Positions 27,301 through 37,564 are shown, numbered from the stretch's first letter. The stretch: 64,000 nt of DNA from Rhodothermales bacterium (GCA_965224105.1 CBDCYH010000002.1:2028930-2092929), one strand, 5' to 3'. Notes: generated from the letters alone by a model not told the origin. Numbers and translations are program-made.

Positions 27301-29335
27301 ATCCATCGATAGTGCCCGTAATACGACCCGTTTCAATCACCTCATCGTTCAACACAGACTGATCAAGCTCCACCGTATAGTTCAGGTGCGGCTGTTTTCC
27401 AGGAAGTGACCGCACCCAGTAGCGGCCATCGGCTTCTGTTTTTGCGATGTCCGAGTTGAGGATGTCAACAACATTCATATCCTCAAAGTCACCAGTCGCT
27501 GTATAGAGCTTGCTCGGAATATCGAATTCTACCAGATAGTCGAAATTACCCGGACCGAGGAAACCGGATCCGTCCGCGGTAAGTGCCTTGGCGTCCCACT
27601 CCACCCGGGCTTTTGTCGAATCGACCCTGTACTTTCCATAGCTCGATCCCTGAAGGTCGACCAAAAGAGCGCCCGTTGTTTTTGCCAGGTCGACGACTCC
27701 TTGCGATCGACCGCTAACCACTACAGGAATTTTCGAATTCCAAATCCTTCCGACTTCGAGAGAATCCGTGGATAATGTGCTGATGTTGAGACGGCGTCTA
27801 TCAGCTTGATATTCGATAGCAGCTACCAGTGGCCGGCCGTCAACTTGCGACTCCAGATTCACCTTCGTTATGCCGCCTCGCGTGCTGGTGCGAACTATTC
27901 CTTCATCAATCGCATACTGACCCAGTGTAGATGGGGTTATTGAAATTGTTGATCGAAGACGGGCACCGCCGGCAGGCGTCAAGTCTCCGTTTATGTCGAG
28001 ATGGCCCGTCAGGGATGATGCCAGCCTCTGAGAGACCAGCGCCAGGTCGAGGTTTGAGAAATACCCTTTCGCGGATGCGGGCGTGTTTGTGTTTGCGAGG
28101 TCGGCATTTACTGCCAGTGTTGCATTGCCGGCCCCGACTCCAAGCGTCGTATTCCCGGACCAAAATCCTTCGCGTCCTCTCAGTTCAAAGTCAGCTCGTC
28201 CAGATCTTCCATCCGCGAGCTGAATGTTTTGCAATGCGCCATTGACGCTACCGCCCATGGCCCGGATTTCACTTCCGCGAACGTCTATCCGGCCCGAACC
28301 TGTTATACTCTCGACTCCCGTCTCATTTGCCAACAGGAGGTTGGGATTCACGTTGGTTAAAGTAGCTTCCCCAAAGATTCCATTGGCATTTTCCAGGACG
28401 AAGCCAGTCCAAATATTCCCTCCACCTGCTACTGCATCTATCTCCACGCCTACACTTGCAGCCGACCCCGCGATTGTCACAGACCCCGATGCAGAGCCCT
28501 CCGGGTTGAGCCATGGAGCAAATTCGGTAGCATCACTCAGGGCGAGCGAAGACGCGTCAATTTGAAACCTGAACGTTTCGTCTGGAGGATACCTTTTTGG
28601 TGCTGGTAGTGGAAGTCGCGCTTGGCCCTCAGCTCTTACATCAGATCTCTGTGTTGCGAATGTAGCGGACTGTAGCACTAGTAGACTGTTTGCGTAGGCG
28701 GCGTGCATCCTGAGCTCGCCATCGATGTCGCCAGTGACAACCCGCGCCGATAACGAATCGATATTTGCTGTAATCTCACCTGGCACGCGCAAATCAAAAA
28801 TTCGCGCGGTTAGGCGATCCATTGTTACGGTGTTTTTCTCGAGCGGTTGGACGACTCCTACCGAGTTTCGAATCTGGAGGTCACCAACTCGCAGGACAAT
28901 GGGATTCTCCGTTGCCTCTGCCTCGAATGCCCTTACAAAATCCCATGTAGAATCCGGTAATTGCGTCGCCGCGAGTACGAGGCCATCAATTTCCAGCATC
29001 GAGATTTCGAATGACCGTCGGGCAAGACTGCGCAAGTTGTAGCGGACGCTAAGTGTGTTAGCGGTGAGTAGCGTGTCGCCGCTGTTCGATCTGATGATCA
29101 CCCCGGACAACTTCGCTCCGGATAATAAACCTCCAGTTACCCTACCTACTTCTATCTGCGCATTTTGGAATGTTGGGATGGAGGCCATGATCCTGTTAGT
29201 CAGACTTGTCGCAACAGGTGGCAAGCGCAGGAGGAGAACAAGCAGGACAATCAGCAACAAGAGAGCCAACAGGAATCTGCCGAGCGGCCGTGCCGCTCGT
29301 GTTCGTTTTTCTGATGATGTCGCTGGGGAAGTCAT
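24326..29335 (-). CDS. tamB: Translocation and assembly module TamB (AsmA-like)
   Basis: N-terminal TM anchor, ~1600 aa of beta-taco-like sequence, C-terminal DUF490-like region (DPVLDIQA, DSDPTMDQTNILSYIAFG, AGKYI). Confidence 0.85.
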   Translation of the reverse strand: MTSPATSSEKRTRAARPLGRFLLALLLLIVLLVLLLRLPPVATSLTNRIMASIPTFQNAQIEVGRVTGGLLSGAKLSGVIIRSNSGDTLLTANTLSVRYNLRSLARRSFEISMLEIDGLVLAATQLPDSTWDFVRAFEAEATENPIVLRVGDLQIRNSVGVVQPLEKNTVTMDRLTARIFDLRVPGEITANIDSLSARVVTGDIDGELRMHAAYANSLLVLQSATFATQRSDVRAEGQARLPLPAPKRYPPDETFRFQIDASSLALSDATEFAPWLNPEGSASGSVTIAGSAASVGVEIDAVAGGGNIWTGFVLENANGIFGEATLTNVNPNLLLANETGVESITGSGRIDVRGSEIRAMGGSVNGALQNIQLADGRSGRADFELRGREGFWSGNTTLGVGAGNATLAVNADLANTNTPASAKGYFSNLDLALVSQRLASSLTGHLDINGDLTPAGGARLRSTISITPSTLGQYAIDEGIVRTSTRGGITKVNLESQVDGRPLVAAIEYQADRRRLNISTLSTDSLEVGRIWNSKIPVVVSGRSQGVVDLAKTTGALLVDLQGSSYGKYRVDSTKARVEWDAKALTADGSGFLGPGNFDYLVEFDIPSKLYTATGDFEDMNVVDILNSDIAKTEADGRYWVRSLPGKQPHLNYTVELDQSVLNDEVIETGRITGTIDGLVNTLDGRVRIGKEDQSFAAQIVVNRVESGEPVKPPTIRLTGATFSNLNVGPMIGIPTLETGLNVRSTVLEDREVLSILPSSTINGLRIDEGWIEWVPTDSMSVATWQTVSNGRSSSGTLHLDGYNRLHSLDARFDSTDVAALIGLDSVASAVTGSIDLKKVGNGWDLLATSSKGRLGDLDMQNLSVDGTLRDSLLTFRSLELISNALDVSGGGQLALASAPAATPLVLDVNAKNLHLLQPLLRSSPDLHGRGIAKITFDSDGNSNLLDVNIESETESLAYGDFVTGATSFYADVLVNKNWEIDEAEFSGNVLQFSTPSIAVRNTNILGSIADDSLKIEVIPTMDRRRRGYLFGTMNLSDSVRTFLVNNLDMQVDADTWSLLQPAEISLDDKWEIRNMLIFTDDQQIAVDGLIDLNGEQSLLLTLENIRIGGFADLMKLSGLDGTLNGYIDLTGHANAPVMIGDLGLDIQNKSRDVGHLQLDLSYEDLRLTLDGIIEHEDGSVLTAVGYLPVDLRLSSSQGQTESGVRVSARTATADSEVNFKLIADEFASDWLEPFFDPTIVNVVGGKLTADIDVTGTVDSPELAGTATVSNGRLGLPVFGRVYEPITAELTFNGDEIAIEHAEIRSGQGELLADGVVKLTQLNLGDVDISLSAENFFAVDNSLYRGRVSADLLMSGTTKSPYLSGYVQVIEGDLFLNDEIEEFEPVKLGEDDLRELERVFGKQVTASDTTTFDFYKALTLDVNVELERNTWLRSNANPKMNVQLYGDLDAQKESGGDLELYGPVDAIAGRSKVEAFGKKFVIDRGSVVYNGPVADPVLDIQASYDVKRRSDENRVVITLNASGTLDDLELTLDSDPTMDQTNILSYIAFGRPASESLQLGGGTGGTLAADLAIGRLTGFLEGLAGSELGLDVVEIEQDGLDTRLTAGKYIHPRVFLAVSQALSLRDESATSSESSPREITLELEVVKRLLLRLTQRESISVNLLWQYAY

Positions 29336-31488
29336 CAGAAGGCCTGTCCAATTGTTAGGTGGAGTCGAAACCGTCTGACAAAATCTTCTTCGGTGCTGCC
29401 TGCAAAGGCTTCAGCGGGGCTTTGCAGGTCTTCCGTCGACGGGTTCAGCTTGTAGGCAAGATCAAGACGGACAAACCCAAACGGCGTCTCGTACCGGACA
29501 CCTGACCCCGTCCCGAATTTTGCATCAGAGAAATCAATTTTCCCATTGTCTGCCGCCTGGAGAGCGCCGGACGCGTCGCGAGATGATGCGGATGACAACA
29601 CTCCCGCGTCGACGAAAGTGGCCAGCTTCCACTTTGACCCCAACCCCGGAAATGGAAAAAGAAACTCCATGCTGGCGACGACACGAGACCGACCTCCCAC
29701 GGCCTCGTACGCATAATTCGGATTGCTCGTCGAACTGTTGCGCGTTTCCTTAATCACTTTCGCTCCAAGCAGTTTGTCCGGCCAACCCCGTACACTGGTT
29801 GCTCCACCTGCGTATAGAAGTATATCCTCGAACCGGTTCTCGAAAAGAAGACTGTCTGTTGTTGTTAGCGAGCCATCGAGGGCGTCGCTGCTTTTTCCAA
29901 GTGGAGTTACCGTTCCTGCCGAGAGTCTGGCCACGATATTTGATCCCCGCGTCACGGGTACGAAGCCAACAACATCAGCACCCACTTTGAAATACTCGAT
30001 CTCAGAGCCGATAGTGCTCGATCCAGTTTCTACTAGCGGCGTTATTCGGAATCCTCGTCGCGGATTAAAAAAATTGTTTGTCCAACCGAGCGATCCGGTC
30101 AGCGATACGATGCTTCTGTTAAACGGATCGCGCGTAAGCGCAGAGCCAGCATTGATGGGCGAGGTGTGCAGCACAAACCCAAACCGGTGGCTGAGGCTGA
30201 CCGTACGGAAGGGATAGATCTCATACACGGCCGATGAGCTCACTCCGTACTCGCGACGGTTCAATCCCCAGGGTGACCCGCTGACTTCCAGTTGCGCGTC
30301 ACGCTCGAATTGTACAAACGGAGTTATAGTACCTGTAAGTTTGCGAGAGAACAGAGCGGGCTGCAGGAGAGCCACGGAGGTCTCGATAAACCGCGGCGCT
30401 ACGTTGTCTCCACCGGGCGATGCAAGCAGTCCAGACTTTGCAACGAATTTGAATGTGAGGTTTCTTCCTCCACCCTGGAAATTCCTATGCCTCCATTCTA
30501 TCCCGCTGGCCAAACCTTCGGCAAGGGAGTAGCCCGCGTTTGGCGATACAAATCGCAACTTGGACTCGCGCACCCGATAGCGGACCGTGACGGTACTGTC
30601 CCGGTCCTGGTCCGGGAGATCGGCAGTGACAACGCGAAACAGTTTAAGGCCAAACAGTTCGCGCTGCCCCTCGATCATCTTTTTCCGGGAGTACGGATCG
30701 CCGACCGTGAACGGCAGCTCGCGCGTGATAACATCTTTAGACACGCGCTCGGTTCCTTCAATAATAATCTCGGAGAAGCGTCCGCTTGGGCCAAGATCCA
30801 CGACAAATCGGACATCTGCTGCAAAGTTAACCGAGTCGATGGTTGATTCGGTACGAACAATTGCGTGCGCAAAACTTATTTCGTTCAACCACGAGGTGAG
30901 TTGACCCTGAATAGACGCCTCCTGAAAGAACGTAAACCGGCTTCCCAATTCGAGGCTTATCCGATCCCGATAGCGTGTCCACTTATTGAGGAGTTCTCCG
31001 TCGAAGGAATAGGCCAAATAGTTGCCATCCGAGTCAAAGAATCCAAAGTCCTGAATGATTATCGGTTCTCCTTCGGCAATCCGGAAAGTGATGTCCACGG
31101 AATTGTCCTCGGCATTGTACCTTGATCGCCGGTAATCAATCTGCGGGAAAAGGAATCCGTTACGATTATAAAAATTGCGAAGGTGGACAACGTCTTTCGC
31201 AAGCTGGACGGGATCGAAAGGGAAGATGTTGTTCTGCCAGAATTTGAACTTGGTCCAGGGATTGGCCTGCTCTGTAGCCAGCTGGGCAAGGAGTTCGGCC
31301 TCGGAGAACGTTTGCTGATCTACAAACTCAAAGCGTATCGAGCTGACGGTAGTTTGCTCGTCAACGAGAAAAAGAGTCGGATCGGCAGGAGTCGATAATT
31401 CCTGCGCATGGGATTGGCCAGCCGCTCCCGAAACTGCCAGTGCAACCGCGATAATTAGATTCGAACAACGCGACCGCATTTCGACCAT
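29335..31488 (-). CDS. tamA: Omp85-family protein, TamA-like (POTRA domains plus barrel)
   Basis: POTRA-like repeats, AGGATSVRGW, GVRYETPFGFVRLDLAY and C-terminal IGQAF; TGATG overlap with tamB. Confidence 0.85.
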   Translation of the reverse strand: MVEMRSRCSNLIIAVALAVSGAAGQSHAQELSTPADPTLFLVDEQTTVSSIRFEFVDQQTFSEAELLAQLATEQANPWTKFKFWQNNIFPFDPVQLAKDVVHLRNFYNRNGFLFPQIDYRRSRYNAEDNSVDITFRIAEGEPIIIQDFGFFDSDGNYLAYSFDGELLNKWTRYRDRISLELGSRFTFFQEASIQGQLTSWLNEISFAHAIVRTESTIDSVNFAADVRFVVDLGPSGRFSEIIIEGTERVSKDVITRELPFTVGDPYSRKKMIEGQRELFGLKLFRVVTADLPDQDRDSTVTVRYRVRESKLRFVSPNAGYSLAEGLASGIEWRHRNFQGGGRNLTFKFVAKSGLLASPGGDNVAPRFIETSVALLQPALFSRKLTGTITPFVQFERDAQLEVSGSPWGLNRREYGVSSSAVYEIYPFRTVSLSHRFGFVLHTSPINAGSALTRDPFNRSIVSLTGSLGWTNNFFNPRRGFRITPLVETGSSTIGSEIEYFKVGADVVGFVPVTRGSNIVARLSAGTVTPLGKSSDALDGSLTTTDSLLFENRFEDILLYAGGATSVRGWPDKLLGAKVIKETRNSSTSNPNYAYEAVGGRSRVVASMEFLFPFPGLGSKWKLATFVDAGVLSSASSRDASGALQAADNGKIDFSDAKFGTGSGVRYETPFGFVRLDLAYKLNPSTEDLQSPAEAFAGSTEEDFVRRFRLHLTIGQAF

Positions 31489-31544
31489 AAGTGTTCAATC
31501 GCAAGTTGATGGCGCGTCTCTCGCGTCTATCGTGTTTGGAAATC

Positions 31545-32540
31545 CTAGGTACCTCTGTTGGTGTCCAACTCTACAACTGCAAGTGTGTCTACAGTTTCGG
31601 CGGGAGCAGGCTCCAGTGCTGCTGGAATGGAGTCGGGTCGGGCTATTACTGTTGAGTCGGTCTCCACAGTGTTCGTATCGTCGAGTTCACCTGCTGCTTG
31701 AACGGCCATGCCGATAGCCGCTGCCTCGGCGGGCGAAATCGCCTTAACGTATATATCTCCGTGGAAGGTTTTACTTTCAATCGTGGCGCCACCGCCACCG
31801 AGAGTACCACGAAACTTCGATCCCGCACCGGTAGGGTCAAGTGCCTGGTTACTGAAGGTGAGGCCTTGCGTTCTCACAATACCGGAACTTGTCGCTGTCT
31901 CGACTTTTGCCGCCGCGTTTCCTGGTAACGCCAAAACGATATCGCCGTTGGACGTGTTTAATACCGCGCGGGAATTGGCACGCGCGGCGAGGAAGCTTGC
32001 GGAGACGTCGCCGTTTCGAGTTCGCATCGTGACCTTGTCACTTGAGCCAGCATATTTAATCGAGCCGTTCATCAGGCCGGTCGTAACAGGACCATCTACG
32101 CCAACAATCTGAACATTGCCGCTCCGCATTTCGATTCGCAGCTCCGTGCCAATCGGTATTCGGGCAGTGACATTTACAGAGCTCAATTCAGGACTGGGCG
32201 TGTCCACGGAGAATGTGTAGGATGTCTCATCCCCAACTTCCTCCACCGTAATTTTTTCTGCCAACCGTTGCGCGGCATCATCAGAAGAACCCCGAGCCAC
32301 AACGGTGAAGTCCAGCGATGCGCTAGTCGAATTTGTGCCGACAATATCAACGTTCCCGTTTGTGCCTTGGATAACAATCGACCGGCCGCCCGGGATAACC
32401 CCTCTACTGTCCGTCTTGGAATAAACAGAATTTCCGAGAACGAGAGTGCCGTCGTCTTCCTGGGCGATTTCGGTTCGACCACATGCGGCCATGAGAGCCA
32501 CAGCGACAAGGAGGATGGGCAGGAAATTGAGAGTTCGCAT
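31545..32540 (-). CDS. DUF4097-type beta-strand-repeat lipoprotein
   Basis: ATG 32540, lipobox LMAAC; repeated TxNGxI units (TRNGDV, TSNGDI, TFHGDI). Confidence 0.75.
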   Translation of the reverse strand: MRTLNFLPILLVAVALMAACGRTEIAQEDDGTLVLGNSVYSKTDSRGVIPGGRSIVIQGTNGNVDIVGTNSTSASLDFTVVARGSSDDAAQRLAEKITVEEVGDETSYTFSVDTPSPELSSVNVTARIPIGTELRIEMRSGNVQIVGVDGPVTTGLMNGSIKYAGSSDKVTMRTRNGDVSASFLAARANSRAVLNTSNGDIVLALPGNAAAKVETATSSGIVRTQGLTFSNQALDPTGAGSKFRGTLGGGGATIESKTFHGDIYVKAISPAEAAAIGMAVQAAGELDDTNTVETDSTVIARPDSIPAALEPAPAETVDTLAVVELDTNRGT

Positions 32541-32806
32541 TTTCGTTCCGCGATAGTGCAATAGGAGGGTAGCTTCGTAAAGAGTTGAACGCCGTTTCTG
32601 TGCCAAAACGTTCCGGCAATGGATCGTGGGAGTTCAGTCGCAATAACTACGCAAATTCCGGGCAGGATCAATGCATTGCTTGAATATTCCGGAAACTTGT
32701 CGTGCTGCTGTAGCAGCGTGATGTGTCAAAACGCACGAGGAGTGCTGGATCGTGAGGCATTTTCGTACACGGGGTGTCTCACTCGGCTGGACCCGAAAGG
32801 GCGTCC

Positions 32807-34090
32807 CTATGCAGAGGCTTTTCGGCTTTCGTATAGTGGGTCGCTGCCATCCCGAACTGTGCTTTCGGTGATAACGCACGAGCCAACATCAGGTCGGGAG
32901 TGGATGTCGAACATGATATCGAGCATCGTGTCTTCCATTATCGCACGCAGACCACGTGCGCCCGTGCCAAGGGCGTGTGCTTTTTCGACGACGGCGTTGA
33001 GCGCCTCGGGTTCGAAACTCAGATCGACGCCGTCCATGGCAAACAATTTTTTGTATTGTTTTACGAGCGCGTTCTTTGGCTGGACAAGGATGCTTTTCAT
33101 CGCTTCGTTGGACAATCCGTTGAGCGATGAGATAACCGGCATGCGACCAATCAATTCGGGAATGAGGCCGAATCTTAGGAGGTCGTCCGGTTCCACATGC
33201 TGAAAGATCTCTGGATCTCGCTTGTCAAACTTTTTCTGCGTCTTGGTAAGAAAGCCAATCGAGTTGGTAGACAGGCGATGCGAAATTATATCCTGAAGGC
33301 CATCAAAGGCACCACCACAAATAAACAGGATGTTGGAAGTGTCTATATTGATGAGACTCTGTTCGGGATGCTTTCTGCCACCCTTTGGTGGGACGCCAGC
33401 AATCGTTCCTTCCAGGATTTTAAGCAACGCCTGCTGCACTCCCTCACCAGAAACGTCTCGTGTGATCGACGCGTTGTCACTTTTTCTTGCGACCTTGTCG
33501 ATTTCATCAATATAGATAATACCCCGCTCGGCGCGTTCAACATTGAAGTCAGCAGCGTGCAGGAGGTGGGCAAGGATACTCTCGACGTCCTCACCCACGT
33601 ATCCCGCTTCGGTTAGCGCGGTGGCGTCTGAGATAGAAAATGGAACGTCCAGTATTCTCGCAAGCGTCCTGGCCAGGAGCGTCTTTCCGGTTCCGGTAGG
33701 CCCAATGAGGAGGATATTCGATTTCTCGAGTTCGACATCCTCGAAATCATGCACGTAGTCCTTGGAGTCAACCCGTTTGTAATGGTTGTAAACCGCGACG
33801 GACAAAGCCTTCTTTGCGCGGTTTTGTCCGATTACATATTCGTCAAGCGACTGTTTGATTTCCGAGGGAGTAAGCCGTTGCTGCTGCTGGGTTGACGGTC
33901 GGCTAACGTTGTTGCCGGCCGAAATGGTGCTGTGGTACGTTGCCAGATCACTCCTAACAATCCCCGCTGCGTCGTTGATGCACCTGTCACAGATGTAGAC
34001 ATCCGGGCCAGCCACCATCGACGTCACCTCATGGGCGGTGCGCCCACAAAATGAACATCGAATAACATCATCGCCCCGCTTAGTACTCAT
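32807..34090 (-). CDS. clpX: ATP-dependent Clp protease ATP-binding subunit ClpX
   Basis: CSFCG...ICDRC zinc-binding domain, [30 protein letters not shown] loop and GARGL. Confidence 0.97.
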   Translation of the reverse strand: MSTKRGDDVIRCSFCGRTAHEVTSMVAGPDVYICDRCINDAAGIVRSDLATYHSTISAGNNVSRPSTQQQQRLTPSEIKQSLDEYVIGQNRAKKALSVAVYNHYKRVDSKDYVHDFEDVELEKSNILLIGPTGTGKTLLARTLARILDVPFSISDATALTEAGYVGEDVESILAHLLHAADFNVERAERGIIYIDEIDKVARKSDNASITRDVSGEGVQQALLKILEGTIAGVPPKGGRKHPEQSLINIDTSNILFICGGAFDGLQDIISHRLSTNSIGFLTKTQKKFDKRDPEIFQHVEPDDLLRFGLIPELIGRMPVISSLNGLSNEAMKSILVQPKNALVKQYKKLFAMDGVDLSFEPEALNAVVEKAHALGTGARGLRAIMEDTMLDIMFDIHSRPDVGSCVITESTVRDGSDPLYESRKASA

Positions 34091-34232
34091 AACAACAGTT
34101 TTGGTGTTTACCGGACGTAATTCTCCCTATCAAGTGGTGGTAGAATACGTTGAGTAGATAATCGATCTTTTTCGCTTATCCTTTAAAGATACGCACGATT
34201 TGACATGATCGCCATGTCGAAAAACGCGGACC

Positions 34233-35246
34233 TTGGTACCCACCGGCCCGCCCAAGGTTGCTCCCGAAATGAGATTTATCACATTGAAACCAGAAGAGCG
34301 CCAAATGGCAACCGCTCTGCCAAATGAATTCCTGGAACGGCTTCGAGGAATAGCGCCAGACGATTACGATGCCGTCGTTGCAGCAATGGCTGAGGATCGG
34401 CTGACTGGATTTCGTGTGAACACACTTAAGGCGGATCAAGATAGTGTTGGGGTCACGCTCGAGCGGCAGGGAATCGAAGCCCGTTCTTTTGTCGGCCTCG
34501 AGAACGCTTTCACGGTTGAGCCAGGGGCGAGAAAAAGGCTGCTCGAATCCGACCTGGTTGCAAATGGCTCTATTTATGTCCAGAATATCGCCAGCCAGGT
34601 GCCGGTCGTCGCGATGGATGTGACACGAGAGGCGCGTGTGCTGGACCTTTGCGCGGCACCCGGCGGAAAGACGTCGCAGATTGCCGCACTGATGCATAAT
34701 GACGGGCATATCGCAGCTGTGGAGATCTCCAGGAAAAGGCACTACAAGCTTAACAACGTTCTAAAACTCCTGGGCGTTACCAACACGAGAACATTTTGCA
34801 GGGATGGAACCACCGTGTGGAAACACAGACCAGGGTATTTTGACAAGATTCTCCTCGACGCGCCCTGCTCATCCGATGGTCGATTTCACATATCCGACGA
34901 GAAAACATTCAAGTATTGGAGCGTCCGGAAAATCGCCGAGTGCGTTGGCAAACAGAAAGCGCTCATCGAGTCTGCGGTGCAATGTCTGGTGCCTGGAGGG
35001 AGTCTCGTATACTCAACATGTTCGATCGCCCCCGAGGAAAATGAAGGCATTGTCGATTGGTGTGTCAGAAAGTTTGATGTCCGAGTCGAGCCGGTTCGGC
35101 TAAAGGTGAACTTCGGAAATGCACGAGCCGGGCTTACAAACTGGGAAGGCTACGCTTACGACCCACAGGTTGTCGAGGCGATGCGCCTCCTTCCTGACCG
35201 CAGCATGCACGGGTTTTTTGTCTGCCGACTGGTTCGAAATGGATAG
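34233..35246 (+). CDS. RsmB/NOP (RsmF-like) RNA m5C methyltransferase
   Basis: DLCAAPGGKT, DAPCS and YSTCS motifs; start may be ATG 34269 or 34305. Confidence 0.9.
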   Translation: MVPTGPPKVAPEMRFITLKPEERQMATALPNEFLERLRGIAPDDYDAVVAAMAEDRLTGFRVNTLKADQDSVGVTLERQGIEARSFVGLENAFTVEPGARKRLLESDLVANGSIYVQNIASQVPVVAMDVTREARVLDLCAAPGGKTSQIAALMHNDGHIAAVEISRKRHYKLNNVLKLLGVTNTRTFCRDGTTVWKHRPGYFDKILLDAPCSSDGRFHISDEKTFKYWSVRKIAECVGKQKALIESAVQCLVPGGSLVYSTCSIAPEENEGIVDWCVRKFDVRVEPVRLKVNFGNARAGLTNWEGYAYDPQVVEAMRLLPDRSMHGFFVCRLVRNG

Positions 35247-35335
35247 CATCCGAGGCGCTTGCTACTCAACGCGATAGCTTGTTAGATTCAAGCATTCCCA
35301 TTCCCAATCCCATACCTCAATCCTGGACCTGCTGG

Positions 35336-37555
35336 ATGTCTACCTGCTTCACCAAGGGGAAGAAAAAGCTTGCGACCCGACTAGTGTCTGTCGTGTTGGT
35401 CACCTTGACCGTTGTCGCACACAGCGTTCGTGCTCAGTCATTCTCCTGTGAGGACGGAATATACACCGAGGCGGGACTCCCGAAATTAAACTGCATCGAA
35501 CTTGTGCCCGTACCCTCACTTCGTGACGTACGAGCGCACGTGCAGCTGCACAAACAATCATCGCCGTTTTCTGTCGCAGTGACGAGAGAGGGGATACACC
35601 GTTACGATCTGGAATTCCGAATCGAAGGCCTGCCAGATCCGTCCACGCTTGGAGGGTTTAACTCGTTTATTGCGTGGGTGGCGGGTCCTACATTCCACCC
35701 AATGCAAAAACTGGGGGTGATCTCCAACGGTGTCACCAAGGTTGGAAAGGTAGACCTCAACAAATACGTCATCCTCGTAACCGCGGAACGATCCGCAGAT
35801 GTAACTGAGAAGGCCGGACCGCTAGTGCTGCGGGGGAGATCACCGAGCAGCATGCTTGAGCCCCACGACATTTTTCAGATTGCTCCGATTGCTCTTTTTG
35901 ATGTGCCAGGAATGGGAATGGATTCAACCTCCGGCCATGATCATTCTCACCAGACGGGTGCTCGTGAGTGGGACTTGCCGCCGCACGGTCGGCATTTTCC
36001 CATGCAGCCCGGAATGAGTGGCCTTGCCCCCGACACCCCGCCGTTGTCGTTCCACGTTGACACCACCGAAATTCCCTTCGTCACGCCACGCCGTTTACTT
36101 ACGGTTGCTCACGGAGACACCGTGCAGCTTACTGCCGGATTTGTCAGGAGGAAGTTGCGTGGCCGAGATATTGTCCAGCTTGGTTTCAATGGTCAACAAC
36201 CCGGACCGATCCTACATGTAAAGGAGGCGTCGACGATTTTTGTTGCATTCAAGAATAAAGTGTTCGCGCCAACGACCATACATTGGCACGGGCTGCGACT
36301 GGAAAATGAGTTCGACGGCGTGCCCGGGCTTACCCAGGATCCGGTTCTGCCCGGCGAAACATTCTTGTACAAGATTCGCTTCCCCGATCCTGGTCTCTAC
36401 TGGTATCATCCGCATCATCGCGAGGATGTTTTGCAGGATATGGGATTGTATGGCAACATGCTGGTTAAACCCGGTGACCCAGATTATTATTCCCCGGTAC
36501 ATAGGGAAGAGGTTCTGATCCTCGACGACTTCACTATCTCCGACGCCGGACCTGTCCCATTCGGACGCGATGCTGTGAACTACGCACTCATGGGGCGCTT
36601 CGGAAACGTCATGCTCATTAACGGCGAACCCGACTATGAGTTAACGGTCGACAGTGCCGCTGTCGTAAGGTTTTTCTTGACGAATGTGTCGAACACGCGC
36701 ACATTCAACCTCTCTTTCGGCGATCTGCCGTTGAAAGTGATCGCATCGGATGTCTCAAGATTTGAGCGAGAGGTTTGGGCTGAGTCCGTCGTTATCGCCC
36801 CCGCGGAACGCATAATTCTCGAAGTTATGCTGGATTCACCTGGCAAGCACCATCTGGTAAACCATGTGAACGGGCTGATTCATCTAACGGGAGAATTTGT
36901 GCAGGAGATCGACACACTGGGAGTAATCAACACTACGTCCCGGCCAGCGCATCCTGATTTTGAGCGCTCGCACAATACGCTTCGGGAAAATAAAGCCGTC
37001 TCCGCGGACATTGATAAATATCGATCCCACTTTGATCGCGCACCAGACAAATCTTTGACCTTGACGTTGCGTGTAGATTCTTTACCGCCCATTGTCCAGC
37101 AAATGATGCGGCTCGATCCTGTCTATTTCAATCCCGTGGAGTGGACCAGCAGTATGCCCATGATGAATTGGCAGACGACATCTAATCAGGTGAGTTGGAT
37201 TCTTAGGGACGAAGAATCAGCAAAAGAAAATATGGACATCAATTGGTCATTTAGGGTCGGCGAGGTGACGAAGATTCGATTGCACAATGACCGTGATGCA
37301 TTCCATGCCATGCAGCATCCGGTTCATCTGCACGGCCAGCGGTTTCTGGTCGTGGAGCAAGATGGGATAAGGAATGAAAACATGGTTTGGAAAGACACGG
37401 CGATGCTGCCGGTTGGCTCGACCATGGATATTCTTGTGGACAATTCGAATCCTGGGAAATGGATGTTACATTGCCACATCGCTGAACATCTGGAGGCGGG
37501 CATGATGATGATGTTCCAGGTTGTTGGCACAGATAGACTGAAACAATCTTATTGA
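35336..37555 (+). CDS. Three-domain multicopper oxidase with extra N-terminal domain
   Basis: HWHG, WYHPH, HPVHLHG and HCHIAEHLEAGM copper motifs; signal peptide from ATG 35336. Confidence 0.9.
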   Translation: MSTCFTKGKKKLATRLVSVVLVTLTVVAHSVRAQSFSCEDGIYTEAGLPKLNCIELVPVPSLRDVRAHVQLHKQSSPFSVAVTREGIHRYDLEFRIEGLPDPSTLGGFNSFIAWVAGPTFHPMQKLGVISNGVTKVGKVDLNKYVILVTAERSADVTEKAGPLVLRGRSPSSMLEPHDIFQIAPIALFDVPGMGMDSTSGHDHSHQTGAREWDLPPHGRHFPMQPGMSGLAPDTPPLSFHVDTTEIPFVTPRRLLTVAHGDTVQLTAGFVRRKLRGRDIVQLGFNGQQPGPILHVKEASTIFVAFKNKVFAPTTIHWHGLRLENEFDGVPGLTQDPVLPGETFLYKIRFPDPGLYWYHPHHREDVLQDMGLYGNMLVKPGDPDYYSPVHREEVLILDDFTISDAGPVPFGRDAVNYALMGRFGNVMLINGEPDYELTVDSAAVVRFFLTNVSNTRTFNLSFGDLPLKVIASDVSRFEREVWAESVVIAPAERIILEVMLDSPGKHHLVNHVNGLIHLTGEFVQEIDTLGVINTTSRPAHPDFERSHNTLRENKAVSADIDKYRSHFDRAPDKSLTLTLRVDSLPPIVQQMMRLDPVYFNPVEWTSSMPMMNWQTTSNQVSWILRDEESAKENMDINWSFRVGEVTKIRLHNDRDAFHAMQHPVHLHGQRFLVVEQDGIRNENMVWKDTAMLPVGSTMDILVDNSNPGKWMLHCHIAEHLEAGMMMMFQVVGTDRLKQSY

Positions 37556-37564
37556 GAGGACGCC

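Noticed and set aside
32607-32806. 200-nt gap after clpX with small hairpins (GGACCC-GAAA-GGGCGTCC, GCTGCT/AGCAGC), a TGGATCGTG direct repeat and GGAAC-N18-CGTT on the minus strand
   Set aside because: No U-tract, no recognisable ncRNA consensus, and spacing is off for an ECF promoter; insufficient support.
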